Below, piece by piece: positions 51,205 to 64,000 of a DNA stretch of 64,000 nucleotides. The notes beneath the pieces were generated by a model. It did not search any database and was not told the origin of the DNA. It worked only from the letters and a program-made list of their open reading frames with translations. The DNA comes from Eledone cirrhosa. Its lineage: Eukaryota. Where the stretch lies: positions 394,320,001 to 394,384,000 of the forward strand of contig OZ024741.1 in NCBI GenBank assembly GCA_964016885.1. The letters are read 5' to 3'. How positions within the stretch are numbered: position 1 is the stretch's first letter; each line of letters begins with the position of its first letter. A program made the position numbers and the translations under genes.

Positions 51205-52923
51205 ACAGTTGAAACTCTTAAAGAGTAGGCCAATAAACTAGCCCAAATGGAAGTCACCGGGCCCAGATGGTGTGCAAGGATATTGGACAAAAAAATATAA
51301 CGCCCCTCCACCCAAAGCCATGTTCAGTGAAAGCAGGATACATACAAACTGGGAAGAGAAGAGCTTACCATCAACCTCCTCCCCTTCATGGGCCTTCTAA
51401 AACTCTTTGGGAAAAGCGAGAAGGAGTTTGATGTACTTGTTAACACTATTCGTATTTTCAGCAATGATATATGTATGGAATTTGGTGTTAGTAAGTGTGG
51501 GGTCCTAGTGGTGAAGAGGGGTAAATTGAACAGAAGCAACGGAATCCAGGTACCAACAGGTGAGATGATAAAGGAAATTAACACTGAAGAGTGATACAAA
51601 TATTTAGGTGTTCTGAAGGCAGATGACATCAAGAACAAAAAAATGAAGGAATTGATAAGATCTGAATACATAAGAAGAGTAAGGAACATACTAAAATCAC
51701 ATCTAAATAGTAGGAATGTCATAAGTGCAGTAAATTCCCGAGCTGTATCTATTATTAGGTACAGTGCGGAAATTCTGAAATGGAATGTTACTGAACAAAA
51801 AGAAATGGATAGAAAGACTAGGAAGCTAATAACTATCTACAGTATGTTCCACAAGAAGAGTGATGTTGATGGATTCTACTTAAAGAGATTTGAAGGTGGA
51901 AGAGGTCTTATTAGCATAGAGGACTGTGTTAAGATAGAGAAAAACAGTCTGCACAAAAATGTATCTGACAGTAGGGAGCCAATGCTCAAAGTTGTGCTGA
52001 AGGAGAAGACAATAGACCAGGGGATGTCCAATGAGGAAATAACAACAAAGAGGAAGAGCAACCTTCATGAAAAATCCCTTCATAGCACCTTCTTTAAGAA
52101 AACGGGATTCAGAGATCCACAGACATGGGACTGGTTAAAAAGAGGAGACCTTAAAAAAGCTACAGAAGGAATGCTAATGGCTGCGCAAGAGCAGGCCTTC
52201 AGAACGAAGTGAGTGAAACACCATATTGATAAGGAGGAGGCTAGCTCACTGTGTAGGATCTGTGGATAGATAGAGGAGACTGTGGCTCACATTGTATCCG
52301 AGTGTAAACACCTAGCCCAGACTCACTATAAATGCTGAGACATGATGTGATAGGCAGGGTGATCCACTGGCATCTATGCAAAGTAAACAATTTACCACAT
52401 TCTGAGAAGTGGTATGAGCATAAGCCAGAGTCGGTGATAGAAAACGATCAAGTGAAGGTGCTATGGAATTTCAGGATACAGACGGACAAGAAATTAGAAC
52501 ACAATAGGCCTGACCTGGTGGTTTTTTACAAGGAAAAAAGATCTTGCCTGTCCATTTGACACAAGAGTACAAGGAAAGGAGAAGGAGAAAATTAACTGAT
52601 ACCAGGATTTAAAGTGGGAGTTGAAAAGGATTTGGGACTGTCATGAGATCAGGTCGTCCCGATTGTCATAGGAACACTATGTACTATCTCAAGGAGTTTC
52701 AAGGATGGTTAAAGAAGATTAGTCCAACCCCGTTTCTTTTTTTTTTGGGGGGGGGGGGGGGGAACATTTCAAAAGGCATGCTTGTTGGGAACAGCAAGAA
52801 CCCTCCGATACGTCCTGAATATCTGAGGCTGCAGGTAGCGGCTTGATGTTCATTTGAACAAACTTTCCAATTAAATAACATCAATGACTGAGGCTCAAAG
52901 AACAATAATAATAATAATAATAA
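51205..52923 (+). mobile_element. Decayed R4/Dong-like LINE (RT, CCHC, restriction-like endonuclease) with (AAT)n tail
   Basis: WKSPGPDG, MEFGVSKC, GGRGLISIED, WLKRGDLKKATEGMLMAAQEQA, CRIC..ETVAHI.SEC, RHD, NRPD. Confidence 0.87.
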
Positions 52924-52934
52924 TTGTCTGCTAA

Positions 52935-53240
52935 CACGCCAACATCATAAAAAATGGATGCAGCCCATTATGCCGTGTATGTAAAAAACAACCAGAGACC
53001 ATTGATCATATAATTTCAATGTGCAGTCCTATAGCTCCAACCGAATACCTAAACAGGCACGACAGAGCTGCACAATACATACATTGGGTAATGTATAAGC
53101 ATTTTGACCTGCCCCATCAAAAGAATTGGTAGGAGCATCAACCACCTCTCGTACTTGAAAAAGATCACATTTCAATCTTGTGGAACTTTAGCATCCAAAC
53201 AGACCGAAAAATAGGTGCAAATAGCCCTGATATAATATTG
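52935..53240 (+). mobile_element. Second R4-like RLE fragment
   Basis: CRVC..PETIDHIISMC, EYLNRHD, ILWNFSIQTDR, PDII. Confidence 0.75.
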
Positions 53241-53589
53241 AAGCGTTCGGTGAATTGGAAATGGGAGGGTAAAACAAGTATAACGTTTTATTTATTTATT
53301 AACAACACAGTTTAACTCTTTTTTTAAAAACTCATTTGCATAAAAATTTAATATTATGGTTACAGAACGAAAACACTAACAAATATGATATATGCAAAGG
53401 GGGAAACGAAAAAAAAGAAAGAGAAAAAATACACACGCAGGTAATACCCACATCTAAGACCTCATAGGCTGGATAATGTAGTTAGCTGACAGAACACCGT
53501 ATTTTAGGATTTTGTTGCGTTCGGCTGTGGATGCTGTAGCTCTCACCCTTACCGTTGCATCCAGGATGTGGAAAGAAGCAAAAGAGTCA

Positions 53590-53705
53590 CTACTCTTGAC
53601 CAGGAGCACAGAGTAAGACCGTCAAGTCTTTTCCCATCAATTCTGGACAACCCAGACGGTTCCAAAATTGAGGGGATGTTTGCCCGGGCCAAAGCTTTTG
53701 AGTGG
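53590..53705 (-). mobile_element. CRE-like LINE RLE fragment
   Basis: ALARANIPSILEPSGLSRIDGKRLDGLTL resembles the EPxGLxRxDGKRPDG motif. Confidence 0.65.
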
Positions 53706-53885
53706 TAATAGGACAGTGTGTATGTGTGCGAGCGTGAGTTTATCGGCGTTCTTAAATTAGAGACGTATGTGTGTGTCACTGTTTTTAAGTTAGAGACGTA
53801 CATATGTGTGTATCCCTTTCCTTCCTTTCACACACATACATTCACACACATATAATAGTGGGGATAGTAATAACATTAATAATAA

Positions 53886-56800
53886 CTAGCTGACGTACCC
53901 AGCTTCGCCCGGGTAAACAGATGATAAGAGAAGACAGGTAAAAGAGAAAATGACTGTATTGGATGTTTGTCTGGTTACAGTATGAGGCGAGTCCGTGGTG
54001 TCTGTGTGATACCATAAACAGTAAAAAAAATCTTCCAGATATACCAGATTCTTCGTTGTACCGTTTGTGCATAGTATATGAACAATTCTAGGTGCTCCCA
54101 CCTAGAATAGTGACCTCTAGGAGATGGTTCATCTTCTGCCTGACTGTAAAACGTGTATCATTGCATAGACGTGGTTGTTCCACGTTTCTCAAAAGGATGA
54201 TGGAAGTTCCAATCTTTTATATTATATGTAGATATAGATATAGCTAATTAATATAAAAGATGTCCGTCAATGTAAAATAGATCCCTATTTACTTGAAATG
54301 GTTTATACAAATGCCAAATTAATATGGATATGGATAACATGCTTATCTATAAGTGGTCAGCTATAATAATAAAACAACAAATTATATGACATAAAAATTT
54401 ATTCAGTAATTTCCAGGTCTTAGCCACTGAGTAATAGACAGTCAATGTTGCCCAGAGTTCAACTCGGGGAGGTGGCCTGGTTTGAACTCCAAATGGCGGA
54501 TCCTTCTACTTCGAAAATAGAATCGTTTTTCAATATTATTCTAGCCCTGGCCGGCCATAGGCACCAAACTTTTTGCCAGACTCGGCATATGATGAGGTTT
54601 TATTACCACCGCTATCAGAAGCGATACATTTGAAGGCAATTTCTACCAATACTTGTTGGTTTTTATTGCTCATTATCGACAATAAATGACATTGAACAGA
54701 AATGATAACTCTGTCAAAGCTCACAATACTGATCAAAGGACACCAATGTCTGAATCATTTACGTCGCTTATTGATAGCATTAAAGATATGCATACATTAG
54801 CTCAAAGCTTCATTATAGACAATATTCAGGGTTGTTCCTCTGTTAGTGGTATCAATTGGAAATTTTACACCATCAGGATCGCACACTCGAGATGCAGCAA
54901 CAGTTGCTCATGGCTGAATGCTGGATCATTCAAATAGACACCGACTCGCTTAAAAGTCTGTCCCTGTGCCTTGTTGACAGTCATGGAGAAGGCCAAATTG
55001 ACGGGAAACTGTCTCCTTTGCCAAATAAATGGCAGCAGATCTTCACTTGGTCTCAGCATGATCCTCGGAATGAGAACCGAGTCCTCTCTGCCTTGGAGTT
55101 TAGCTTCTAAAACTCTTCCGTTAATCAATCTCTCAACAATCAATCTGGTAACATTGCAAAGACCCATTTTATGATTGATATTTCTAAGCAATATAATCGG
55201 CATACCCTTTTTCAACCTCAAAATATGTGGGGGGAATCCGGGTATTTGAAGTGAATTCAGATACTCAGTCGGAACATCCATATTGTTCTGCTGATTAGGC
55301 TCCATTGCATCCGCACTGACGGTCAACCATTCCTCTCCAGGAAACATTCCGGCTACTTGTGAATGTATTTCATCGACCGTTGCATTCGTATGAGTTAGAA
55401 TAACGCGTTCCGATACCCAGGAGATATTCTGCCAAAAAGCATTCAAATTAGGGAACACCCAGTCAATCAATGCTTGGCGGTCCAGTGGCATGACCAAATG
55501 GTCTGGGATTCTTACAGTCTGATTATCACCAACATGTGGCAATTCATCGTTTCCCAACTGCATCAACCATCGGCCGTATGTCTCAGCCTCTTCGTTTTGC
55601 CCGAACATACGAAGTCACATATTATCGTGTAATCGCAAAACTCTGAAATGGCGCCACAACGAGGACTTTTTCACACATGCATCGACAATTTACGCTCTTT
55701 GAGCATTCCTAACAATTGGTAGCACCTGTCTGAAATCGCCACCAAGAACGATAGTCTTACCACCGAATGGCAGGTCACTACCGCAGATATCTCTCAAAGT
55801 TCTGTCCAATGCCTCCAGCAAATATCCGTGTGCCATTGGAGCCTCGTCCCAAATAATCAGAGACGTATTGCGTATAAGGCCCGCGAGTTCACTTTGTCCT
55901 GTAATGTTACAGACACTCAACTCATCCGGAGCCAATGGAGCCTTGAAGCATGAGTGGAAGGTCCTTCCACCACTCAGCAAAGTGGAAGCGATCCCACTGG
56001 TGGCCACAGGGAGAGCAATCTTCCTCTGAGCTCTGACTGACGATAACATAGTGTTGAAACAGAATGTCTTTCCGGTGCCTCCTGGAGCATCTATGAAAGC
56101 ACAAAGTTGCTCATTAATGGAAATCGAGTGTAGAACGCCATCGACCAATTCTCTCTGAGATTGGGTCAACATTGGCATACATTCATCCACAATACGTTGC
56201 TGTTCCAGTGGATCAAACTGGAATAGTTCCCTCCGATCGAGTGGCAACCGTCTAAGCTGCAATCTCATGTTCAATGCTAAGACACGTTGCCGCATTTCTT
56301 CATCAGGAATTGGCAAATTGAAATCTGTTAAACATTTGAAATGAACTTCAAGCTGTTGCTCAATATTGAGCAAAACAATAGCTTTAATCAAATTTTCATC
56401 ATCGACCTGAAGATGATGCCTAAAATCATCAGACATAATTCCCTAATGGCGTTCAAATAACTGTCTTGGATCGGCAGGATTGCAGAATCCTAGAATCGTG
56501 ACAAACAACTGCTTATTTGAGCTGGCATCTGTGTTGTTCCTGCAGCTTCCATGGCGTTATTCCATTCAGCGTCATCCTGAAGGAGTCCCAGATGCTGACA
56601 CACAGCCTGGTATGTTTCATATTCCACGCCATTGATTGTTTTCAAATCAGCGAAGCTCTGTTTACCTCTCGAAAAATCATTATGCAACAGAATTCAGAGC
56701 TAAAACACATCACCAGATGCTGGAAGGACATTATAAACACGTCCAATAGTCATGAATCTCAACTTTTGTTTTCTATCATTTCATTTCTATCATTCCATGC

Positions 56801-59800
56801 GAAGGGAAAACGCAGTAGAGTTGCCTTTGATCCGGGTTCAAAGCATGTTGCCTATTATGCTTGAACCACTCAGTCAATTCCGTCTTAGGAGGTGGTGCGT
56901 TAGCAATTCTTTCGACACCTCTTCTAGTGTCCTGAAAATAGACCCTTTGCCTATTCTCTAAGTGAACCGTCAGTTTCTGAACGCTGGGTTTGCGTTCATT
57001 GAGATGAAAATCGAACAATCTCCAGCAAGCTTCGCTAGATCCAATCGAGCGAACATCCTGAAACCTGCCAACTTCATCTCCTTGGTTCGCTTCCTCATTC
57101 CTGACATTGATCATTGCCCGATCATGACCTTTGTAAACATATTTGAATAGATATTTGCAAGCTTTCACTGAGCTACAAATTTCCACATTAATATGACAAC
57201 GATATTTCATAATCAAATATGGATTGTATGGCACAACCCATTGATTTGTAACCTGTCGACCGTTTACATTTTCGACCAAACCGCCATCGGCAGGCGACCG
57301 TCTTCCGTATGAGGGATGAGCATCCTCATCGTTCCAGGAAGTGTTCGTGACAAAAGATTTCGGAAAGTGCTTACTGCATTGGCCATTTTTCATGCAAGGC
57401 GCTTTCCGATTTGCCACTCCGCATTGGTTGTGCTCCATTGACTTTGCCACCAAGTTGCGAAGTTCAGCATACACAATGCTGTCGACATCCTCAGCACATC
57501 TCAATTTGCAATCTCTATGTAAAATGATCAGCAAATGTACATGTGGCAATCCTCTTTTTTGGAATTCAATTACGTATGTAAAAGCAACTATACCTCCAAA
57601 GATTCCCTCTTTTTCCACATCATCCATTATCTTTTTCAGATATCCTTTGAATACTCTTGCCACAATATCAGGCCGGTCCTTTGGCTGTTGTCCTGGCAAA
57701 AGTGCATCCTTAATATCAGTCCATTCAGGATTGCATGTAACGGTTATAAACAAATCTGGCTTTCCAAACTTTCTGACAATAGCCATTGCATCCTGATAGC
57801 GAATGTTCATATATCCCGGGCCGCCGATGAACGACGATGGCAAAATGATGCGTCGACCAATTTGCTTGTAATTGGCATCATCGGCTGTTATCGCATCCTA
57901 TATATTATTATACAATTCAGTTCTGATATGTTGCTGATGTGTAGTCATATAATTTAGCCTTTGATTTTCGATCTTTGCGAATGCCATACAACAGTATTCC
58001 TGGAACAATCTGCTGGCTTGAAATAGCGCATTTCTCTGTTGATTCCTCTCGTTCAAATGGAACGCGTAAAAGTCGCGAATCAAATTATTGTGTCTATTGC
58101 CACCTCCCTGTTGATGCTGATTCTCATGATCATCTAAATGAACAGACATGTTCCATCCATTTTCACCTTTTGGGAATAAAAGAACATAATGCAATGGATC
58201 GTATGCCCTATTTGACTCATTGATAGTCTTGAGACCACCATCTCTGCGATTGAGGACGATATCTCTCGATCCAGGCTTATCGTCCATCAACACAGCAACT
58301 TCACGAAATCCTTGAGGGGCATTATATCGCCATTCGTGTTGATTCCTTGGCATTGCGTCAGCCTTAATCTCCAATGTTTGCTGCTGAACATTTTGCAGTT
58401 CAGCCACCAACATGAAATCCATAACATAAAGATTACACTGTCTAAGCCATGATTGCAAATCACGGATCAAATCACTTAACCTTTGCCGTTCAAGTTCACT
58501 TATATTTCCCGGCAACTTCATCCAACCGATCCTGATATCCCCCTCCGATTGACTATAATCTGGATCGTTAACATAAATTTGAGTGAATCGAGGCCTCTCT
58601 CCTGGGATAACTTCTAAATTACCGATACAATGATACAAACGGCCTTGAATGACTACATTCGTTGCCATGCTCCACTCTCAAACATCTCACTAACTCTCTG
58701 CGATGCTAAAGCTAATGAATTGTTAATTTGCCGCGAATATTTGCACAGTAATCTACCTCGGTCTCCTTGATCACCCCACATACTTAGTATTTTAAACTCC
58801 GGTGACTCCACATCATCCGGCATTCGGAAGGGTTCTAGTTGAACTGCTCCTTTATGACAGCACATTGTGGTCCACGTCTTTTCGTGTCTCCAAAGCAATG
58901 CTCCACAATGTGGACACTTTGCTCGTCCACCAATCTGAAAATGACACGTTGCCATGATCCATTTTTAATATCATTCATTCGCCTTCTAACCTCTTCACTG
59001 GAATGAGGAGCACTTTGGCGACACATTCTCGGGATTTCTATATTGCGCTGGCGCTGTTCAGCCAGCTCCTCTTCATCGATCGCTGCACGCTGTTGCTGCT
59101 GAATTCTGGCCATCTGCTGATGATGCTCAGCCAGTTCGTCTTCAACCATCACAGCACGCCGTCGCTGCTTGGCTCCAGTGTTTCGTTGGCATTGTTCAGC
59201 CAGCTCCTCTTCATTCATGGCGGCACGTCTTTGCCTCTGAAGTTCGGCGTTTCGATGGCGCTGTTCGGCCCGTTTTTCTGCATTGCTGGCTGCACGCCGT
59301 CGCCGCTGTAGTTCACTGTTTGATAAAGTCGAATTGCTTTTATTATCAGTATTCATTTCGAGCAATTGTCAAAAAATTACACAATAATAAATATAAAAGA
59401 TGTCTGTCAATTTAAAGAAAGGTCCCTATTTACTCCCTTTACAACTCTGTGTATGTTAGACTGACAGACAGGCACACAGACAGATAAACTGCATGGCGAT
59501 TGTGGAACGCCACACATATACACGCATGGAAACGCGCAGACGCACGCAAACTTTCACACGCACACACTCACACATGTTGATAGTTTTTACTTTCTGTGGA
59601 ACGCTGCACGCACGCACACACACATAAACATACGTGCAAGTACATACACACGCACACATGCTAATAGTTATTGAACACAGCGTTCACACTCTCCCCTCTC
59701 ACTCCCTCATTGGCATTATGCATATTATGCATATTATCAGTTTGGCGTCGTTGAGGTGGGCGGAGTCGTTTGAATCCTATGAATCAATGATAATCGAGAA

Positions 59801-59844
59801 TTATGACACACGGAATACTGACGTTCTTCAAATTAATAAATAGA
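53886..59844 (-). mobile_element. Decayed autonomous Helitron
   Basis: 5' A|TC at 59844. 3' hairpin TACCCGGGCGAAGCTGGGTA, then CTAG|T at 53889-53885. RepHel remnants inside. Confidence 0.85.
54830..59365 (-). pseudogene. Helitron RepHel (Zn finger, HUH Rep, PIF1-like helicase), frameshifted and internally deleted
   Basis: CPHCGALLW..MCC, AYDPLHYVLLFP.GE.GW, GKPDLFITVTCNP.W, EFQKRGLPHVH, KYLFKYVYKG, GGTGKT, DEAPM, GDFRQVLP, TVNKAQGQT. Confidence 0.95.
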
Positions 59845-59975
59845 TTATATTGACAGTCATAGTAGCAATAATAATTACAACTACAACAATCGTTCGAAAA
59901 TATGAAATGTAATTGCAGCAATCCTAATTACCCACTTTGTGGTGAATGTCATAGAGCCAATAGCTATATATAATA

Positions 59976-60005
59976 CTAGCAGTGTATCCCGGCGTTGCAC
60001 GGGTA
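59976..60005 (-). mobile_element. Helitron-type 3' terminus of an adjacent element (5' end not located)
   Basis: Hairpin CCCGTGCAACGCCGGG followed by CTAG|T on the minus strand. Confidence 0.6.
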
Positions 60006-60673
60006 AGAACATTGGTCATAGCACCTCCAATGAGAAACGTTTATTTGTGGGTGCCTGTTAAAAACTCACGAAAATATACCGACAGGAAACTTGTTTTATT
60101 TGGATAAAATTAAGAAGTTGAAAGTACAGTTTAGCTGTCTATGTGCATTGTTCATAGAAATATTGTTGAGCCCCTTCGTTTCATACTCCTCTGTTCTGGC
60201 CTGTTGGAGTAAATGTGAAAGAGAAAGTCACAGGTTAGGTTGGCAGAAGGTTCCAGTGTTATAGCAGTAAGGCGTAGGGTACTTACCTCAAAAGTCCATT
60301 TGCACTATTTCCACTAAGTTACTCTTTCTCTCTATCCCTCTCGGTGAAGTCCCTTGCGAATTTCTCGCGTAGGCCTGGTGTAGATTTGCACCCGATGCAC
60401 ATGACCGCTTTGTACGGCTTTTGGAGGAAGGAGTGACCAGCAGTATGTTGTTCGGTATTATTACGAAAAGGTGTAGCAGAGAATCCGGCGTGAACTAACA
60501 GCTTGGGAGGAAACTGCATACCTCGAAGATTCATTCGCCATCATTCTTGTCAACGCTCCGTTTACTTGGTATTTGTTGGTCTACAGTTAGATGAATGGCG
60601 CACAAAGGGTTAATGTTTATTGGCAAGAAGTTTTTTGAATAATAAAAGACGGGTTAAAGCGACCTACTATGTA

Positions 60674-60744
<71 letters not shown>

Positions 60745-60746
<2 letters not shown>

Positions 60747-61122
60747 GAAATAACAGAAGGCTGGACTGGTGTAAATCCTTGAAAGGTTTATTATACTATG
60801 ATCATTTCAATGACCGGGTTCCATATTAATCCGGTGATATCATCAGGTATTGGAATATAACAAAGGAATATGTAAAAAGCCATGGGTCCGAAAAACCATG
60901 GGTCCGAGAAACCAGAGACAGAGAGGGCGGCTGACCAACTAGCTTCACAGCCAGCCGCCCTCAAAGTGTTGGCAACCGAAAACTACCAGTGAATATCTGG
61001 TAAGGGGGCACAGGCCTATCATGTACTACCACCACTCCGTCAAAGAAGGGGAAGAAAGAAAGGGAGAAAGAAGTGTAGTGTGAGGGTCAAACTACATTCA
61101 TGTAGTTTGACCCTTACACTAC
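60745..61122 (-). mobile_element. PLE-terminus-like fragment of the 18056-18473 family with intact HHR at 60793-60850
   Basis: ATAC-CTGATGA...ACCGG..CCGGT..GAAA-TGATCA-TA-GTAT. A palindrome at 61075-61122 is nearby. Confidence 0.75.
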
Positions 61123-62455
61123 CCCAAAAATGCTACCCAAAGAATCTATAGTGGGTGTCTGTATGGTCTAATGTGTGAACCGAAGTTTGGAACGCGAAAC
61201 TTATGTTGCGAGTTATAGGATGAAATAAATTAAATTAAAAATATTATATTGAAAAATGGTAAATTGAAAAATAGAGGTAGCGAGATTTATTTATTTAACG
61301 AACTTACGGAGAGAGTCTTATATGAACAACTTTTTATTTATTTAACTCGATAAGATATTAGGATGGGATATAGAGTAAAGATTTCGATTGGGAGTCCCAG
61401 CCAGCACACCCATCTAGCCAGTGGTGAACCAACAAACCTTAAGAAATATATATATATATATATATATATAAAAGACGTCAAATAAGAAAATTATAGTAAT
61501 TAACTTACTTACTTAAATTTCACTCCAACTAATTAGTTTCTGAAATGGGATATACATAGTCTTCAAATGGAGACCATGGAGAATCCTTTCTTCATCAGGG
61601 AGACATTCTCGGCTAAGATTCCTGGCAATAGGCGGACACGGGGAACTTATACAAAAATAATTCAGTGGATGGAAAAAAGCAAGCGCGGACTAAATTCCAA
61701 GGCATTGAAAATTTCACTGCCTTCCTGGTCAGTGGCAAATTCAAAAAAATCAATCACGTGACATCGAGATTAATCAGTGAGGAGTGGGGTGTTAAAAAGA
61801 CAGTAGCCAAACTAATACTATGAACCATAATAGTAATTCAGGCAAATTTTTGCTCAACAAAATAATTTGGAGATAATTATAAAGAATTAGTATATCTACC
61901 AACATATTTATACAGATGTATACTTACGCTAGCAAAGATATAGGTTTTGTCTTAGTAACTTTGTGGTTCAATACCTCAATTTTATACATTCTCCAATCTA
62001 TGTAGAGAAAAAATTCGTTGTTGCTTACTGCTATTTTTTTAGCAGCCAAGCCATCAACATGTCTGTAATATTCCCGCTTGCACTAGCGGCCGGGTCACGT
62101 GTGGGTCACTTTAACGGCCATAACTCATACGATCTGGTAGTTGGCATTATATTTGTGGACCGTGGGACGTATGTCCTATAGAAAGGAAATAGCTATCTGA
62201 TGAAATCTACTTTCCGTTGGAAATTCTCTGAATTTCAAATCTTTTGTGGATGGAAACCGCCGGTAATAGCATTATGAACAGGTAGATATTTAAATCATTT
62301 TTTAATTTATTTAAAGGATTGTTTAATGTTTGTTTGTTCTGCTCATCAATTTTTATAGTTCTGGTATCTCGAATTAGTACCATAGAACAACAATTATATT
62401 GTAGACACCCTATATATCTCTATGGGTACTTAGTACTCAGTGAGATATTTACCTC

Positions 62456-62502
<47 letters not shown>

Positions 62503-62506
62503 TCTT

Positions 62507-62556
<50 letters not shown>

Positions 62557-62568
62557 TACATATATATC

Positions 62569-62600
<32 letters not shown>

Positions 62601-62722
62601 CGTGTATGTATGCATATATATATAGGTGTGTGTGTATGTATGTATATATATATATATGTGTGTGTGTGTGTATATACATATATTTTTATGTGTATATTTA
62701 TATATGTGTGTATATGTCTTTG

Positions 62723-62779
<57 letters not shown>

Positions 62780-62787
<8 letters not shown>

Positions 62788-63688
62788 ATACTTTGGGAAG
62801 GTCATGTTGCCAATAAGAAACACACGCACCAGTTGCTTTCACTCCAATTTATTATAAATTAAATTATAAATTAAAAAAAAATTATAAATTTCCGGTTGGT
62901 TGGTTCCACAACTGGACGGTTGTTCATATATTGTCAAAGTTCTTTCGTCACACATTCTGTGACCTCTTCAGTGACTGGGGATTTTTTCTTTGTTTTGTGC
63001 CACTCCTTTGTTCTGTCCTACGCCATCTTGTTTTTGTATGTGTTGTGTGCTTAGTTTGTGCGTGTGTTACATCCGGGTGTCTGTGTGTGTTTTTATTTGT
63101 TTATTTATTTGTTTATTTACATGTTACTGGTTGGTTGTTTGTTCTATGTGTGTGTGTTTTCATTTTGTCCTTAATTGTAAGTTGTGATGTTGCTATTCCA
63201 TTCATGTTTTCTATTTAATTTTGGTTGGAGTTCATTTATGTTTATTGCCTCTGTGATTTGTCTAAACATTGCGTCTTTTCTGTGTGTAGATTTTATTTTT
63301 ATTTCTATGTTCTCTAATTTTCCCTTATGTTCTATTTTAGCATGTTGGTGGAGTATAGATGATTCTTTTTTATCTTGAAGATCTCGCCAGTGTTCATTTA
63401 ATGGTTCTCCTATACTACGAGCTGTCTCACCTATTGTACACTATATTCTTATCTTTACATTGTCCTTCAGTACATCTTATGCTATATACTATGTTTCTAG
63501 TTTTACAGTTAATATGGGGGCTTAGTTTACAGATTATGCATTTCTTATCTATACAGGGAGGTCTTTGAAAAGGGTATGTATTACTAATAAAGGTTTTTAT
63601 GGAGGTACCTGGTCTTTCTACTATCTTAATATTTAGTTTAAGTTTATCTAGGGCCCTTCTAAATTTGTAAGCTAGTTCACCTCTAGAG
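62780..63688 (-). mobile_element. Penelope-like element 3' part related to 35894-38794, HHR at 62933-62975
   Basis: [42 protein letters not shown]-g-GTCAC..GTGAC-GAAA-GAAC-TT-TGAC. Terminus GACCTTCCCAAAGTATAACAATA, also seen alone at about 48970-48995. Confidence 0.85.
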
Positions 63689-63732
63689 TATATATACATA
63701 TATACATATACACACACATATATACACACAAT

Positions 63733-63832
<100 letters not shown>

Positions 63833-64000
63833 GTGTGTATATGTATATATGTGTATATATATATATGTATATATAAGTATATATGTATATATATATATGT
63901 GTGTGTATATGTATATATGAGTATATATATATATATGTATATATAAGTATATATGTATATATATATATGTGTGTGTGTGTGTATATCAGGTCACGAGTTG

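Noticed and set aside
60240-60600. GC-richer segment that might be a host exon or captured gene
   Set aside because: No recognisable protein motif or convincing exon structure by eye. A translated database search is needed.

Overview
AT-rich eukaryotic (animal) genomic DNA with no recognisable host gene. A tRNA-derived SINE of the type I recall from octopus genomes and massive (TA)n/(CA)n/(GA)n tracts suggest an octopod cephalopod (inference). The window is almost entirely mobile DNA. It holds four Tx1/L1-clade LINEs (three head-to-tail on the minus strand, one full-length with intact ORF2 and a 16-bp TSD), a young CsRn1-like Ty3/Gypsy LTR element, a decayed autonomous Helitron plus Helitron ends, a hAT MITE, RTE, R4/Dong-like and CRE-like LINE fragments, and many Penelope-like element (PLE) pieces. 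The most striking layer is RNA-level. More than a dozen minimal hammerhead-ribozyme (HHR) motifs are visible, most with palindromic stem III and some with very long stem II, and they sit in fold-back insertions in (TA)n. A near-identical 472-bp HHR-bearing non-coding concatemer (tandem plus inverted copies, 13-bp TSD) at 45398-47078 looks like a retrozyme/circular-RNA retroelement. The SINE and the Tx1 LINEs also share a 3' terminal motif. All alignments and foldings were done by eye.
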